Positions 9,875 through 22,451 of a DNA stretch of 64,000 nucleotides are shown in pieces. The notes below the pieces were generated by a model. The model had not been told where the DNA came from, did no database searches, and worked only from the letters and a program-made list of their open reading frames with translations. This DNA comes from Pseudomonadota bacterium (GTDB lineage: Bacteria > Campylobacterota > Campylobacteria > Campylobacterales > Sulfurimonadaceae). The stretch lies in contig JAZDQA010000004.1 of assembly GCA_043797085.1 (NCBI GenBank), positions 75,005 to 139,004 on the forward strand. Direction: 5' to 3'. Position numbers and translations under genes: made by a program. How positions within the stretch are numbered: the first letter of the stretch is position 1; the number at the start of each line of letters is the position of its first letter.

Positions 9875-11742
9875 CAGTCCTCGATATAATTTTTAAGTTT
9901 ACGACCCACTTTTGGGTGCTTGAGTTTTTTGATCGCACTGCTCTCGATTTGACGGACACGCTCACGGGTAACGTTGAGCTCTTTACCAATCTCTTCTAAT
10001 GTACGGTCACTCTCGTCATCCATAATTCCGAAACGCATTTTAATAACCGCTTTTTCGCGCTCATTAAGCTGTTCAAGAACCCCTTCGATTTGTACCTTCA
10101 AGTCATCCTTGAGAATAGCATCGGATGGAGAAATGGACATTTTATCTTCGATGAAGTCACCAAAACGTCCATCTTCTTCATTACCGATTGGAGCTTCAAG
10201 AGAGATAGGCTCTTTGGTAATCTTGATAACATTTTTGACTTTTTCAACCGATAAGCCCACTTCTTCTGCGATGGTTTCAACATCCGGCTCTTTTCCGTGC
10301 TCTTGGAGATGCTTACGCATGATTTTGTTGATACGATTGATGGTCTCGATCATGTGAATCGGGATACGAATCGTTCGTGCTTGGTCGGCGATGGCACGGC
10401 TGATGGCTTGACGAATCCACCATGTCGCGTAGGTGGAAAATTTATACCCTTTTTGGTATTCGAATTTATCAACTGCTTTCATCAAACCGATATTTCCCTC
10501 TTGAATCAAATCCAAGAACGGTAAGCCACGGTTGGTATAGCGTTTTGCGATGGAGACAACGAGACGGAGATTGGATTTCGCCATACGCGTTTTAGCAATC
10601 TCTGAGATGCTTTTACCCCGCTTGATCTGTTCCAAAATATCGGCAAGTTTTTCAGGCTCCATATCAAATCCGCCTTTTGAGGCTTCTTTGGTTTGGATGA
10701 GTTTTTTAATCTCCATGTAGGTACTGACCATTGTGGCTTCGGGTACTTTGCTCGAAATCTCTTCTTTGGTCAAATCACAGATTTTCTCTAAAATAACTTT
10801 GTGATTTTTCTTGAGCTGCTCATTGAAAAGAGGAAGTTTATACTCCAAACGCTTGAGCTCACGGTCAAATCCTTCATCACTTCGAAGAGCAGTTTCCATA
10901 GAGCGAACCAACTCATTGATAAGCTTAGACGTTGGTCCAAGATCCAAAAGAGCTTCTTTAAGGGTTTTTTTCTTGAAACTGAGATTTAGGAAAAATAAAA
11001 CGTAATCTGAATCCATTTGATCCAACGTGCGCTCTTCGAGCATTTTTTCCGTTGCTTTTGACCACTCTTTTTTGGCTTTTTCAAGGGCTTTAAAAGAGGT
11101 TACAACTTTTTCAATCCGTTTTTTATCTTTGACGGAAGGAGCTTTTTCTTTTACCTCTTCCTCATCATCTACAGTATCATCATCACCGTCACTCTCTGTC
11201 TCTTCTTCTTCTCCGTCTTCGAAGCTTTTAAAGAGTTCTTTGACACGACGTTCACGATTAATAAGCGGATCTTTATAGTCAAGGATAAAATCAATCAAAT
11301 AGGGGACAGAACAAATAGCATCGATGATAATGCCTTCACCCGACTCCATACGTTTTGAAATTTCAACCTCTTCTTCTTTGGTTAAGAGAGGAATTTGTCC
11401 CATTTCACGTAAGTACATACGGACAGGGGAATCAGAGCGTGACCACTCAAGAAGTTCATGCTGCTTGAGAATATCAAACTGATCGCTGCTCGCTTCTTCA
11501 ATGTATTTAAGCTGTGCTACACGGCGCGCCTCAGCCTCTTGCTGGTTGAGGATTTTGGCATGTTCTGACGACGTAAAAAGACAAATTTTGTATTTTTCGG
11601 CAAGCTTTAAAATATTTTTGGCTTGAGCAGAGGTAGGCTGCTTGTCGTAGGCTTCGACAATCGCTTCATACGTTAAGCAATTTTTCGATTTGTGTTCTGA
11701 AAATAGTGTTTCGAGATGTTTGTTTAAATCTTTGACGCTCAT
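9874..11742 (-). CDS. rpoD: RNA polymerase primary sigma factor
   Basis: [60 protein letters not shown]. Confidence 0.98.
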   Translation of the reverse strand: MSVKDLNKHLETLFSEHKSKNCLTYEAIVEAYDKQPTSAQAKNILKLAEKYKICLFTSSEHAKILNQQEAEARRVAQLKYIEEASSDQFDILKQHELLEWSRSDSPVRMYLREMGQIPLLTKEEEVEISKRMESGEGIIIDAICSVPYLIDFILDYKDPLINRERRVKELFKSFEDGEEEETESDGDDDTVDDEEEVKEKAPSVKDKKRIEKVVTSFKALEKAKKEWSKATEKMLEERTLDQMDSDYVLFFLNLSFKKKTLKEALLDLGPTSKLINELVRSMETALRSDEGFDRELKRLEYKLPLFNEQLKKNHKVILEKICDLTKEEISSKVPEATMVSTYMEIKKLIQTKEASKGGFDMEPEKLADILEQIKRGKSISEIAKTRMAKSNLRLVVSIAKRYTNRGLPFLDLIQEGNIGLMKAVDKFEYQKGYKFSTYATWWIRQAISRAIADQARTIRIPIHMIETINRINKIMRKHLQEHGKEPDVETIAEEVGLSVEKVKNVIKITKEPISLEAPIGNEEDGRFGDFIEDKMSISPSDAILKDDLKVQIEGVLEQLNEREKAVIKMRFGIMDDESDRTLEEIGKELNVTRERVRQIESSAIKKLKHPKVGRKLKNYIED

Positions 11743-11828
11743 ACGCTAAAAGCTCCCTTGCGGTTTTAAAAAGAATCGGATTATACCGAAATCTTATTAA
11801 AAAAGCCTAAACTAGAATTATTAAAAAG

Positions 11829-11844
11829 TGGAATAGCCTTTGCT
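11829..11844 (+). promoter_or_regulatory. sigma-54 (-24/-12) promoter of flgFG
   Basis: TGGAATAGCCTTTGCT with GG at 11830-31 and GC at 11842-43, upstream of rod genes that are RpoN-dependent in this phylum. Confidence 0.8.
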
Positions 11845-11877
11845 TTAGACGTTTAATATTGAATTTGGAGAGTACCA

Positions 11878-12702
11878 ATGCAAACAGGATATTACGCTGC
11901 GACGGGTGGAATGATTACTCAATTCAACCGTATTGATACCATTGCAGCCAACTTGGCTAATGCTAATACCTCCGGCTACAAGAAAGAGCAATTAATTACA
12001 GGTGATTTCGCAAAAATCTATAAAGAGGCTAGGGATACTCTTCCGCTCAAAAATGATACGACAGAAGCTGCTTTGTATTTAAATCGATCTTTGGCACGTG
12101 TTCCACAAATAACCGATGCGTATACGGATTTTTCACAAGGGACACTGCAAAAAACCGATAATTCTTTGGATTTGGCACTTGCTAAAGAAGGACAGTTTTT
12201 TGCAGTGAATACACCTCAAGGAGCGCGTTTGACACGGGATGGGCTCTTTACTCTCAATGATGAGGGGAAACTAGTGAATAAGCAAGGATATGAAGTACTC
12301 TCCAGTGATTACTTTCAATCTAAAACAGCTATTAAGCTTAATCCTGAAGATTCAGTCATAAGCATTGATAAAAATGGGCTTATCAGCACTAATGTTCCCG
12401 GCTCTACGCAGATGATAGCCGGTAAAAAGCTCATGATAGTGGAACCGCAAAACATCCGTTTGCTCAAAAAAGAGGGAGATAACCTCTACATTCCGGACAC
12501 TTCTGTTCCTCTGACTCCTGTTGATCAAAGCGGGGGAGTCATGCAAGGTTATACGGAAAAGAGCAATGTTAATTCGGTGAATGAGATGATAGGTCTTATC
12601 GAAGCTAATCGGCTTGTTGGAATGTACCAAAAAGCAATGGATGCTCAGATGAATGATATGAATCGCGATGCTATTGAAAAAATCGCTGTTACTCGACGAT
12701 AA
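11878..12702 (+). CDS. flgF: flagellar basal-body rod protein FlgF
   Basis: IAANLANANTSGYKK and EKSNVNSVNEM termini; upstream of flgG. Confidence 0.85.
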   Translation: MQTGYYAATGGMITQFNRIDTIAANLANANTSGYKKEQLITGDFAKIYKEARDTLPLKNDTTEAALYLNRSLARVPQITDAYTDFSQGTLQKTDNSLDLALAKEGQFFAVNTPQGARLTRDGLFTLNDEGKLVNKQGYEVLSSDYFQSKTAIKLNPEDSVISIDKNGLISTNVPGSTQMIAGKKLMIVEPQNIRLLKKEGDNLYIPDTSVPLTPVDQSGGVMQGYTEKSNVNSVNEMIGLIEANRLVGMYQKAMDAQMNDMNRDAIEKIAVTRR

Positions 12703-12718
12703 TTAAGGAGATAAAATT

Positions 12719-13507
12719 ATGATGCAATCACTTTACACTAGTTCTACGGGAATGATGGCTATGCAAACCCAAATCGATACCACGGCGAATAATATTGCCA
12801 ACGTTAATACGATGGGATATAAAAAATCACGTGCTGAATTTGCGGATTTGATGTATAAAGTTATGACGTATGCGGGAACGTCTACGAGTGATACAACTAA
12901 ATCTCCAACGGGAATTGAAGTTGGTCTTGGGGTACGTCCGACAGCTATTAATAAAATATTTTCGGAAGGGAGTTTAAAGCAAACCGATAACTCTCTTGAT
13001 TTGGCAATTACGGGAAAAGGATTTTTGAAGTTACAGCTTCCTAATGGCACGGAAGTGTACACTCGAAACGGTTCATTAAAAGTGGATCAAAATGGGACAC
13101 TGGTGAATTCAGACGGATATACGGTCATTCCTGAAATTGTTATTCCCGATGATGCCATTGATATTAGTATCGGAACAGACGGTATTGTCAGTGTCACTCA
13201 ACCGGGACAAGCACAAGCAACCCAAGTAGGGCAACTTACCCTTACAAACTTTATCAATCCGGCGGGTCTGCATGCAATGGGAGACAATCTTTTTGTCGAA
13301 ACGGACAGTTCTGGACAACCTGTCGAAGGTACACCGGGAGATACCGGATTAGGCAGTATCAGACAAGGGTTTGTGGAGCTTTCAAACGTTCAGTTGGTTG
13401 TTGAACTTACCGACCTTATTACAGGTCAGCGTGCATACGATGCGAATTCAAAAGTAATTACGACGAGTGATGAAATGTTAGCAACAACCAATGGATTGAA
13501 ACGATAA
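12719..13507 (+). CDS. flgG: flagellar distal rod protein FlgG
   Basis: ANNIANVNTMGYKKSRAEFADLMY, GIEVGLGVRP, ELSNVQLVVELTDLITGQRAYDANSK. Confidence 0.95.
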   Translation: MMQSLYTSSTGMMAMQTQIDTTANNIANVNTMGYKKSRAEFADLMYKVMTYAGTSTSDTTKSPTGIEVGLGVRPTAINKIFSEGSLKQTDNSLDLAITGKGFLKLQLPNGTEVYTRNGSLKVDQNGTLVNSDGYTVIPEIVIPDDAIDISIGTDGIVSVTQPGQAQATQVGQLTLTNFINPAGLHAMGDNLFVETDSSGQPVEGTPGDTGLGSIRQGFVELSNVQLVVELTDLITGQRAYDANSKVITTSDEMLATTNGLKR

Positions 13508-13513
13508 GATAAC

Positions 13514-13530
13514 CCGTTCGTAGCGAACGG
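13514..13530. terminator. hairpin between convergent flgG and adk
   Basis: CCGTTCG-TAG-CGAACGG perfect 7-bp stem followed by an AT-rich tract. Confidence 0.6.
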
Positions 13531-13535
13531 AATTA

Positions 13536-14776
<1,241 letters not shown>

Positions 14777-14908
14777 TAATTTGATCCTTTTTATAATCTG
14801 CCCTAAAAGGGCAAGCGTTTCAAAGAAACATCGCTAAACGCGAGCGGTTCCCTTGTTTTGTGCCTTAGCGGCTAGCGTAGCCGATGGGGCTTTTGCTCCA
14901 TTGGCGTC

Positions 14909-16663
14909 TTATTTAATGGTTTCACGAAGGCGGATATGAAGTTCACGAAGTTGAGTGAGCTCCACCGGACTTGGTGCTTGCGTCATAATACAAGATGCTT
15001 TTTGTGTTTTCGGGAACGCGATAACGTCACGAATACTGTCTTTTTTCGATAATAGCATCATGAAACGGTCAAATCCGATCGCAAAACCACCGTGTGGAGG
15101 TGCTCCGAATTTGAGAGCATCGAGAAGGAATCCGAATTTTTCTTGTGCTTCTTCTTCTTCAATTCCCAACAATCTAAAGATTTGTTCTTGAAGAGCTTGC
15201 TTGTGGATACGTATTGATCCGCCACCAAGTTCTGTACCGTTTAGAACGATGTCATACGCGATGGATTCAATGTCTTCAAGATGCTCATGATTCAAATCAC
15301 GTGGCATAGTAAAGGGGTGGTGAAGCGCTTTGACACGACCGTCTTCGATTTCGAACATCGGGAAATCAACAACCCATACGAATTCAAAACGGTCTTTGTC
15401 GATAAGATTCATTTTTTCATGTTCTGCAATGAAGATGCGGAAACGTCCCATATAGTCCCAAACCGTTTTCTTATCTCCGGCACCGAAGAAGACAACGTCA
15501 CCAACTTGAAGTTCAGTACGATCCACAAGAAGCTGTAAATCTTCAGCAGTAAAGAATTTTTCCAATGGTCCTTTGAGACCATCTTCTTTCATTTGGAAAT
15601 ATCCAAGTCCTTTTGCTCCGAATTTACGGACATAATCTTCAAAACTTTTCATTTCACGTTTTGAGAAGACCAAATCAGCCCCTGGAACACGAAGCGCTTT
15701 GATACGGTTCATTTTTGGATTTGCAGCAATAGCGGTGAAGATTTCATTATCACTACGTTCAAAAATATCGATAACATCAACCATTTTTAGGTCATAGCGA
15801 AGATCCGGTTTGTCTGATCCATACCACTCCATCGCATCCGAGTATTTGATACGGTTAAAAGGAGTAACCACCGTATGTCCTGCACTTGCGAACATTCCGA
15901 CAATTAATTCTTCTGCAACACGGATAACGTCTTCTTGATTACAAAATGACATTTCGACATCGATTTGAGTAAATTCCGGTTGACGATCGGCACGTAAATC
16001 TTCATCGCGGAAACATTTCGCGATTTGAAAATAACGGTCAAATCCACCTACCATCAAAAGCTGTTTAAACAACTGCGGTGATTGGGGAAGGGCGTAGAAC
16101 TCACCCTCGTGTACACGGCTAGGGACGAGATAATCTCGTGCACCTTCAGGGGTTGATTTGGTCAAAATCGGAGTTTCGACTTCCAAAAATCCTAGACTGT
16201 CAAGAACGTTACGTGCGGCAATAGCGGCTTTTGAGCGAAGTAAAAAAGTGTTGTACATCGCGGGATTACGCAAATCTAAATAGCGGTATTTAAGACGTAT
16301 CTCTTCACCGACATTGTTGTCACCAATCATAAAAGGGACAGCTTCAGAACGGTTTTCGATAATAAGCTCATCCACGATCACTTCGATAGCACCGGTTTTG
16401 AGACGCGGGTTAACCAGTCCTTCGCCACGAGCGCGAATACGTCCATGTGCTATGAGGACAAACTCATCACGAACTTCACTCGCCAATTTGTGCGCATTTG
16501 CATTGTCAGCAGGGTCACAAACGAGTTGGATCAAACCGCTTTTATCGCGTAAATCAATAAAAACGATACCACCGTGGTCGCGGTGACTGTTCGCCCAACC
16601 ACATAAAACGACTTTTTCGCCAACGTTTGTTTCATTTAATTCAGTACAAAAATGACTTCTCAA
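14909..16663 (-). CDS. aspS: aspartate--tRNA(Asp/Asn) ligase, probably non-discriminating
   Basis: RDHGG (His typical of ND-AspRS), [36 protein letters not shown]. Confidence 0.96.
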   Translation of the reverse strand: MRSHFCTELNETNVGEKVVLCGWANSHRDHGGIVFIDLRDKSGLIQLVCDPADNANAHKLASEVRDEFVLIAHGRIRARGEGLVNPRLKTGAIEVIVDELIIENRSEAVPFMIGDNNVGEEIRLKYRYLDLRNPAMYNTFLLRSKAAIAARNVLDSLGFLEVETPILTKSTPEGARDYLVPSRVHEGEFYALPQSPQLFKQLLMVGGFDRYFQIAKCFRDEDLRADRQPEFTQIDVEMSFCNQEDVIRVAEELIVGMFASAGHTVVTPFNRIKYSDAMEWYGSDKPDLRYDLKMVDVIDIFERSDNEIFTAIAANPKMNRIKALRVPGADLVFSKREMKSFEDYVRKFGAKGLGYFQMKEDGLKGPLEKFFTAEDLQLLVDRTELQVGDVVFFGAGDKKTVWDYMGRFRIFIAEHEKMNLIDKDRFEFVWVVDFPMFEIEDGRVKALHHPFTMPRDLNHEHLEDIESIAYDIVLNGTELGGGSIRIHKQALQEQIFRLLGIEEEEAQEKFGFLLDALKFGAPPHGGFAIGFDRFMMLLSKKDSIRDVIAFPKTQKASCIMTQAPSPVELTQLRELHIRLRETIK

Positions 16664-16787
16664 ATCAAAGTCCTTGGGTTAATTTTTCGCAATTATACCG
16701 CTTACAATCTTTTGGTTTGATAATAGTGAAGTTAGTGGTTAGTGATGGTGCTATAATTCGCGAATAAAAGAACTGTATTAAATAAGG

Positions 16788-18599
16788 ATGCCCGTGTTAG
16801 CTGAGAATAAAAAGTACTCGGTACTTAAAAGCGTATTTGGACATTCCTCTTTTAGAGCATTTCAAGAAGAAGCCGTTGACGCCATCATTGCCGGAGAGGA
16901 TGTGATGATGATTTTACCCACGGGTGCGGGAAAATCATTGTGTTATCAAATGCCTGCTTTGTTGATGAACGGTGTGACGGTGGTGGTTTCTCCTCTTTTG
17001 GCACTGATGCACGATCAGATAACAGCGTTGTCGGCTTTTGGGATAGAGGCTGCCATGGTATCCTCCATGCAAACAGCTCAAGAGATTGAAATGACGATGC
17101 AAAAAGCAATGAGTGCAGAGCTCAAATTTTTGTATGTTGCACCGGAGCGGTTAAAAAGTGGAGAATTTATCCGATTTTTACGCAATGTTCCGATCGATTT
17201 TTTTGTCGTCGATGAAGCACACTGTGTCAGCGAATGGGGACATGAATTTCGTGAAGACTATCGACAGCTGCACCGTTTGCGGGAGCTTTTCCCCTCTGTG
17301 CCTATAGCCGCATTTACGGCGACGGCAACTCATTTGGTCGAGCACGATATTCTTTCTCAGCTCAGGCTTAATGATCCGGTACTCATACGGGCAAAAGTGT
17401 CAAGAGAAAACCTCACGATCACAGCACAGAATCGAAACGGAAATGGTCGTGAGCAGCTGATGGAGTTTTTGGGAAGTTATGACAATGAAAGCGGTATCGT
17501 CTACACGTTTACTCGCAAGGAGGCGGAAGAACTGGCACAGTTTCTAAGTCTGAAGAAAATTCCTGCCCAAGCGTATCATGCAGGATTGCCGACACTGCAA
17601 AAAAATGAAACCTATCGAGCATTTTTGAATGATGAGATCAGAGTTGTTGTTGCTACCGTCGCTTTTGGAATGGGAATCGATAAAAGCAACATACGATTCG
17701 TCGTTCACACTTCACTGCCCAAAACCATCGAGAACTACTATCAAGAGATCGGGCGAGCAGGGCGTGATGGTTTGGATGCCTCTACTTTATTACTCTTTTC
17801 TACCTCGGATTTTTTAGAGCGCCGACGAATGATCGAGTCACAACCCGAATCAGCGTATAAAAAATTAGCGTTTGAAAAGTTGGAGGCAACATCCAAGTTT
17901 GCGTCATCGCAAGTATGCCGTCATCAACTCATCGCCGAGTATTTCGATGACAGTGCCTCAGCATGCCAAACACGATGTGACAATTGCCTCCAACCCGATA
18001 AAGAGAGCATGGACATTACCCAAGAGTCACTCAAGCTCCTTTCTTGCGTTTATCGCAGCGGACAGCGGTTCGGGCTCCACTATGTTGTTGATATTTTACT
18101 AGGGTCTGGGAATGAAAAAATAGCCCAAAATGGGCATAAAACTCTCTCAGTCTATGGGATCGGAAAAGATAAAAGTCGTGGTCAGTGGCATACCATAGGG
18201 GACAGACTTCTCGAATTAAAAGCTCTGAGACAAGGCGAATTCAAAGTGATGCAACTCGATGAATACGGATTAGAGATTATCAAAAAGTCTCTTTCCGTAA
18301 CGATTCGAAAAGAGAGACTGGCAGAGAAGAAAAAAGGATCTTTCAATACGGCTAAAGTAACCTACGCTTCCGGGGAAAATCACCTTGTTTTTGAAAAATT
18401 GCGGGTGCTTAGAACGGATATTGCCAAACGAGCCGGTGTTCCTCCCTATGTCGTATTTAGTGATAAAACGCTTCAGGATATGGCAGTAAAACTGCCTAAA
18501 AATAAAGACGAAATGCTGCAAGTAGGCGGAGTAGGGGATGTGAAATTTGAGCGATACGGCGAAGCATTTTTGGCATTGTGTTTAACGCTAGATTGTTAG
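16788..18599 (+). CDS. recQ: ATP-dependent DNA helicase RecQ
   Basis: PTGAGKSLCYQ, VDEAHCVSEWGHEFR, ATVAFGMGIDK, Zn site CRH...CDNC, RQC and HRDC domains. Confidence 0.96.
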   Translation: MPVLAENKKYSVLKSVFGHSSFRAFQEEAVDAIIAGEDVMMILPTGAGKSLCYQMPALLMNGVTVVVSPLLALMHDQITALSAFGIEAAMVSSMQTAQEIEMTMQKAMSAELKFLYVAPERLKSGEFIRFLRNVPIDFFVVDEAHCVSEWGHEFREDYRQLHRLRELFPSVPIAAFTATATHLVEHDILSQLRLNDPVLIRAKVSRENLTITAQNRNGNGREQLMEFLGSYDNESGIVYTFTRKEAEELAQFLSLKKIPAQAYHAGLPTLQKNETYRAFLNDEIRVVVATVAFGMGIDKSNIRFVVHTSLPKTIENYYQEIGRAGRDGLDASTLLLFSTSDFLERRRMIESQPESAYKKLAFEKLEATSKFASSQVCRHQLIAEYFDDSASACQTRCDNCLQPDKESMDITQESLKLLSCVYRSGQRFGLHYVVDILLGSGNEKIAQNGHKTLSVYGIGKDKSRGQWHTIGDRLLELKALRQGEFKVMQLDEYGLEIIKKSLSVTIRKERLAEKKKGSFNTAKVTYASGENHLVFEKLRVLRTDIAKRAGVPPYVVFSDKTLQDMAVKLPKNKDEMLQVGGVGDVKFERYGEAFLALCLTLDC

Positions 18600-18678
18600 G
18601 TTGTTGTGCATTGAGATTTTTTTGTAACTTTTTTAGTATATGATTATGTATTCATAGAATAATACTAAAGGAAACAAT

Positions 18679-19773
18679 ATGGGTTGGTTTGGCAATGATG
18701 ACGTTTTAAACAATGAGATAGTGCGTGTCAAAAAAGAGAATGAAGAACTCAAACAGCAAAACCAGCGTTTAAACGATACTCTTCATGAAAAAGAGATGTT
18801 TATCCAATCTCAAATGACAGAGCACAAATGTGAAAATGCGTCATCCATAATGACCTATGAAAATCAGCAGCTCAAAAAAAATCTTGTTGATATTCAAGGC
18901 AACATGTCAACATCCGTTACCGCGTCAAAAGATAATATTGCACAATCGACGGCTCTTTTAGAAAATATCATCGATCTTGGAAGTAAAGCGTCTGCTATTT
19001 CAGCAACTTTAGAGGATTTGAACCATTTGGCTTTAGATTCGATGGACACAGTTCAAGCTCTTTCTCAGCGAGCTCAGGATGTAGGCAGTATATTAGGTCT
19101 CATAAAAGATATTTCTGATCAAACGAATCTTTTGGCACTTAATGCTGCTATTGAAGCCGCTCGTGCGGGAGAACATGGTCGTGGATTTGCCGTTGTAGCA
19201 GATGAAGTACGCAAACTTGCCGACCGTACCGATAAAGCGATCAGTGAAATTAATATCTCATTGCAATCCATGAAACAAGACGTTAGCACAATCGGAGAAA
19301 AATTTGAACTGATCCAAGAGAGAATCACAGAGTCTAATAAATCTGTAGCAAGTTTCAATACCAATATGGAGCAAAATGCATCACTAATGCGTCATACCTT
19401 TACGAACACTGCGCATACTGCGGAACGGATTTTTATGAGTTTAGCAAAACTCGATCATGTTATTTGGAAAATAAACACCTATCTCTCAGCGGTCATGAAA
19501 AAAGAGGCATTTGTATTTGTAGATCATCATAATTGCCGACTGGGAAAATGGTATCTTGAAGGTGAAGGTGCCGATTTTTTCAAAAAAACATCCAGTTACG
19601 CATCCCTTGAAGCTCCTCACGCCATTGTCCATAACTCAACCCATAAGATTTTTGATCTAATGCAAAAAGAGAGTATCGGATCGGACGCATTTGTGAAAAT
19701 ATTCCAAGATATGGAACAAGCCAGTGATGATGTATTTACTATTCTCGATAAAATGCTCCACGAAAAGCAGTAA
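18679..19773 (+). CDS. soluble methyl-accepting chemotaxis protein with C-terminal CZB domain
   Basis: [37 protein letters not shown] motif DHV...[10 protein letters not shown]...HAIVH. No TM segments. Confidence 0.9.
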   Translation: MGWFGNDDVLNNEIVRVKKENEELKQQNQRLNDTLHEKEMFIQSQMTEHKCENASSIMTYENQQLKKNLVDIQGNMSTSVTASKDNIAQSTALLENIIDLGSKASAISATLEDLNHLALDSMDTVQALSQRAQDVGSILGLIKDISDQTNLLALNAAIEAARAGEHGRGFAVVADEVRKLADRTDKAISEINISLQSMKQDVSTIGEKFELIQERITESNKSVASFNTNMEQNASLMRHTFTNTAHTAERIFMSLAKLDHVIWKINTYLSAVMKKEAFVFVDHHNCRLGKWYLEGEGADFFKKTSSYASLEAPHAIVHNSTHKIFDLMQKESIGSDAFVKIFQDMEQASDDVFTILDKMLHEKQ

Positions 19774-19781
19774 ATAGATCT

Positions 19782-20822
19782 TTAAACAATCCAAGCCCCA
19801 TCTCTATAGACAATCTCATCTCCGAGCGTAAAGCTCTGAGTGTCTGCAAAAACATCTACATGATAGGTTCCGTCGCGGCGTTTAAAGCCCGGCTTGCCAT
19901 AGATACCATGTTTTGCCCCCAAAGACAAATGGACACCGCACATGCGTTCATACGTTCCGGTATCGGCAACCGTACGTGTTTTGCTAAAGGCTCTATTGAG
20001 TCCAAGCCCTAGCTCACGAACCCAAACAACACCCCCTTCATCTCTGCGTATATTGGAGAGTATGAGGTCAAATGCCGGAGTTGAATTTTCACACTCAATC
20101 ACTTGCCCTTGCTCTATAATAAGAGTAATAGGAATTTTCGGATAATTCAGCTTATAGGTAACATCGCCGAAACTAAAAATCTTTACACGTCCATTCACCG
20201 CTCGTAAATCTTGTGCTTCGGTGAATACTTCACCCAGTGGAAACTGACCGCCGGTATTGGTCATATCCGTATAATCTCCGATATTGAGCTTGGCAGACTC
20301 AAATGGTGATCCATACACCAAAAGTTCTCCTCCGGTGTCAAGTACCCCTCCGTCAACAGAATCTATTTTACTTTTGAGCGTACGACCTACATAACGATAA
20401 TAATCAGCATCATATGCTAATGAATCGAGGTAATAGGGTGCTTCATCATCTGACATACGGCTTAGATGGGGATGCTCGATGACTTTGATTTGACGCTTAA
20501 ACAACTCGACACGTAAGCGAAAAGCATCAAGCCTAAAACTGGTAGATTGAACCAATGCCACAAAATCAGACGGCTGTAACGAAACCAATATTTCCAGTAT
20601 CTCTTCAGGCGTTTGCGTATCAAAGTCAACAAATATTGCCTCAGGCAAGGAACGCTTATACCCCTGCATCAAAATGTTAGATAACATACAGCGCGTGTCA
20701 TACACCACAACTGCCCGCTCTTTTGTATGATGAAAGACCTCCTTCAAAAGACCATTTAGATGATTATGTGCTGTCGAAATTAATGATTCAAGATCCGAAG
20801 AAGAGTGCAAACTTTCATTCAT
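19782..20822 (-). CDS. M29/AmpS-fold metallopeptidase-like protein
   Basis: PLGEVFT, RELGLGLN, VHLSLG, YHVDVF resemble the metal-binding motifs of thermophilic aminopeptidases. Confidence 0.55.
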   Translation of the reverse strand: MNESLHSSSDLESLISTAHNHLNGLLKEVFHHTKERAVVVYDTRCMLSNILMQGYKRSLPEAIFVDFDTQTPEEILEILVSLQPSDFVALVQSTSFRLDAFRLRVELFKRQIKVIEHPHLSRMSDDEAPYYLDSLAYDADYYRYVGRTLKSKIDSVDGGVLDTGGELLVYGSPFESAKLNIGDYTDMTNTGGQFPLGEVFTEAQDLRAVNGRVKIFSFGDVTYKLNYPKIPITLIIEQGQVIECENSTPAFDLILSNIRRDEGGVVWVRELGLGLNRAFSKTRTVADTGTYERMCGVHLSLGAKHGIYGKPGFKRRDGTYHVDVFADTQSFTLGDEIVYRDGAWIV

Positions 20823-20991
20823 TATTTTTTTCCTACTTGTGATGAAGATAAATATCTTTTAATGGACGAAGTATAGCTTAGCTGATATATGATGAACTAA
20901 ATAAATGTGTCAATCATTGAGGGCATTCCATGGTAAATTAATCGCTCAAAAGATAGAATTGCTCGAATCATTTTAATTACAAGGGCATTTT

Positions 20992-21597
20992 ATGAAATCA
21001 ATAGCTGCTTTTATTTTCTTAATAGCATTAACAAATACGGCTTTTTCAGCTCCAAAAAACATTCATCTTAATGTGGGCATCAGTAATTTTAATTCTGCTT
21101 CCTATACAAAAAAACTTCCTGTCTCAAAAAATACAATGGAATGCAATAGTGATGATGCAAAACAGTTTGTAGCGAGTATTTTTGAACGAGAGGGCAATAC
21201 TCCGAGCTTTATCGGTGGCTATAAAATACTCAAAAAATCAGAGAATGTCAGCTACTGCTCTGTTTCATATAAAAATGCTGGAGATATTAGCAAACAAACC
21301 TTTTGGATTATAAAAGAAGAGGATAAAATTTATTTTTATGATTATGAGTCTATGCCTGTCGCTTGCGACTGTGAAGAGGTACATGAATACATAAAAGAAA
21401 TAGCAGCGCGGAGAAAAATTACAATTGATGAACTTGGTGGCTTAGAGGAAAGTGAAACATTTAATGATACAACTTTATGCACCTTAGCCTACAAAGCTTC
21501 TGATATGAATGATCTGGCTAAACTCAATTATTCTCTGTCACGGGATGAAGATTTCAACGTAGTTATGACAACTGAAGACAATGAGTTTGAAAATTAA
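20992..21597 (+). CDS. secreted hypothetical protein with two tandem Cys-containing domains
   Basis: Signal peptide plus two copies of C-x23-GG-x12-C-x3-YK. Confidence 0.7.
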   Translation: MKSIAAFIFLIALTNTAFSAPKNIHLNVGISNFNSASYTKKLPVSKNTMECNSDDAKQFVASIFEREGNTPSFIGGYKILKKSENVSYCSVSYKNAGDISKQTFWIIKEEDKIYFYDYESMPVACDCEEVHEYIKEIAARRKITIDELGGLEESETFNDTTLCTLAYKASDMNDLAKLNYSLSRDEDFNVVMTTEDNEFEN

Positions 21598-21629
21598 ACT
21601 ATCGATAATATTTTATGAAAGAGGTATAC

Positions 21630-22451
21630 ATGACTCAATCAATTGAGATCATCTCATGGAACGTCAACGGCATCCGAGCCGTAGCCGAAAAGGGAGCATT
21701 CGACTGGCTCGAAGAACGTCAGCCGCATATCCTCTGTCTCCAAGAGATCAAAGCCCTCCCGGAACAAATGCCGGATAATCTCTTCGCAAACCGCTATCCC
21801 AATATAAGTATTAACAGTGCTGTAAAAAAAGGGTATTCAGGAACATTGATCGCAAGTGACCTTGAACCTGTATATTCAGATACTTGTGCTGATATTGATA
21901 CCATGTGTGAAGGACGTATCGTCGAACATCATTATGGAGATATTGCTTTGTTCAATGTCTATTTTCCCAATGGACAAAAAGATGAAGAACGGCTCGCCTA
22001 TAAACTGGAGTTTTATGACCGGTTCTTGGATTACTGTCAAAGCCTTCGAAGTGAGGGCAAAAAAATAATCATCTGTGGGGATGTCAACACAGCTCACCGT
22101 CCTATTGATCTCAAAAATCCTAAATCGAATGAAAAGACATCGGGTTTCTTGCCGATTGAGCGTGCATGGATCGATAAGCTGATTGAGCATGGCTACATCG
22201 ATACCTTCCGTCATATCCATGGAGATAAAGAGAATGAATACAGCTGGTGGTCGTATCGTTTTAGTGCACGCTCTAAAAACGTCGGATGGAGAATCGATTA
22301 CTTTTTTATCTCCGATGATTTAGCAGATTCTCTCGAAGACGCATTCATTCTTCAAGATATTACGGGATCGGATCATTGTCCGGTTGGAATACGGATTAAG
22401 TTGATATATGAAAATCAGAACACTTTAGAGGAGGTAAAAACTCATGAATAA
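21630..22451 (+). CDS. xth: exodeoxyribonuclease III (AP endonuclease)
   Basis: SWNVNGIRA, LQEIK, YFPNG, CGDVNTAH, GWRIDYF, GSDHCP. GAGGT SD precedes ATG 21630. Confidence 0.95.
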   Translation: MTQSIEIISWNVNGIRAVAEKGAFDWLEERQPHILCLQEIKALPEQMPDNLFANRYPNISINSAVKKGYSGTLIASDLEPVYSDTCADIDTMCEGRIVEHHYGDIALFNVYFPNGQKDEERLAYKLEFYDRFLDYCQSLRSEGKKIIICGDVNTAHRPIDLKNPKSNEKTSGFLPIERAWIDKLIEHGYIDTFRHIHGDKENEYSWWSYRFSARSKNVGWRIDYFFISDDLADSLEDAFILQDITGSDHCPVGIRIKLIYENQNTLEEVKTHE

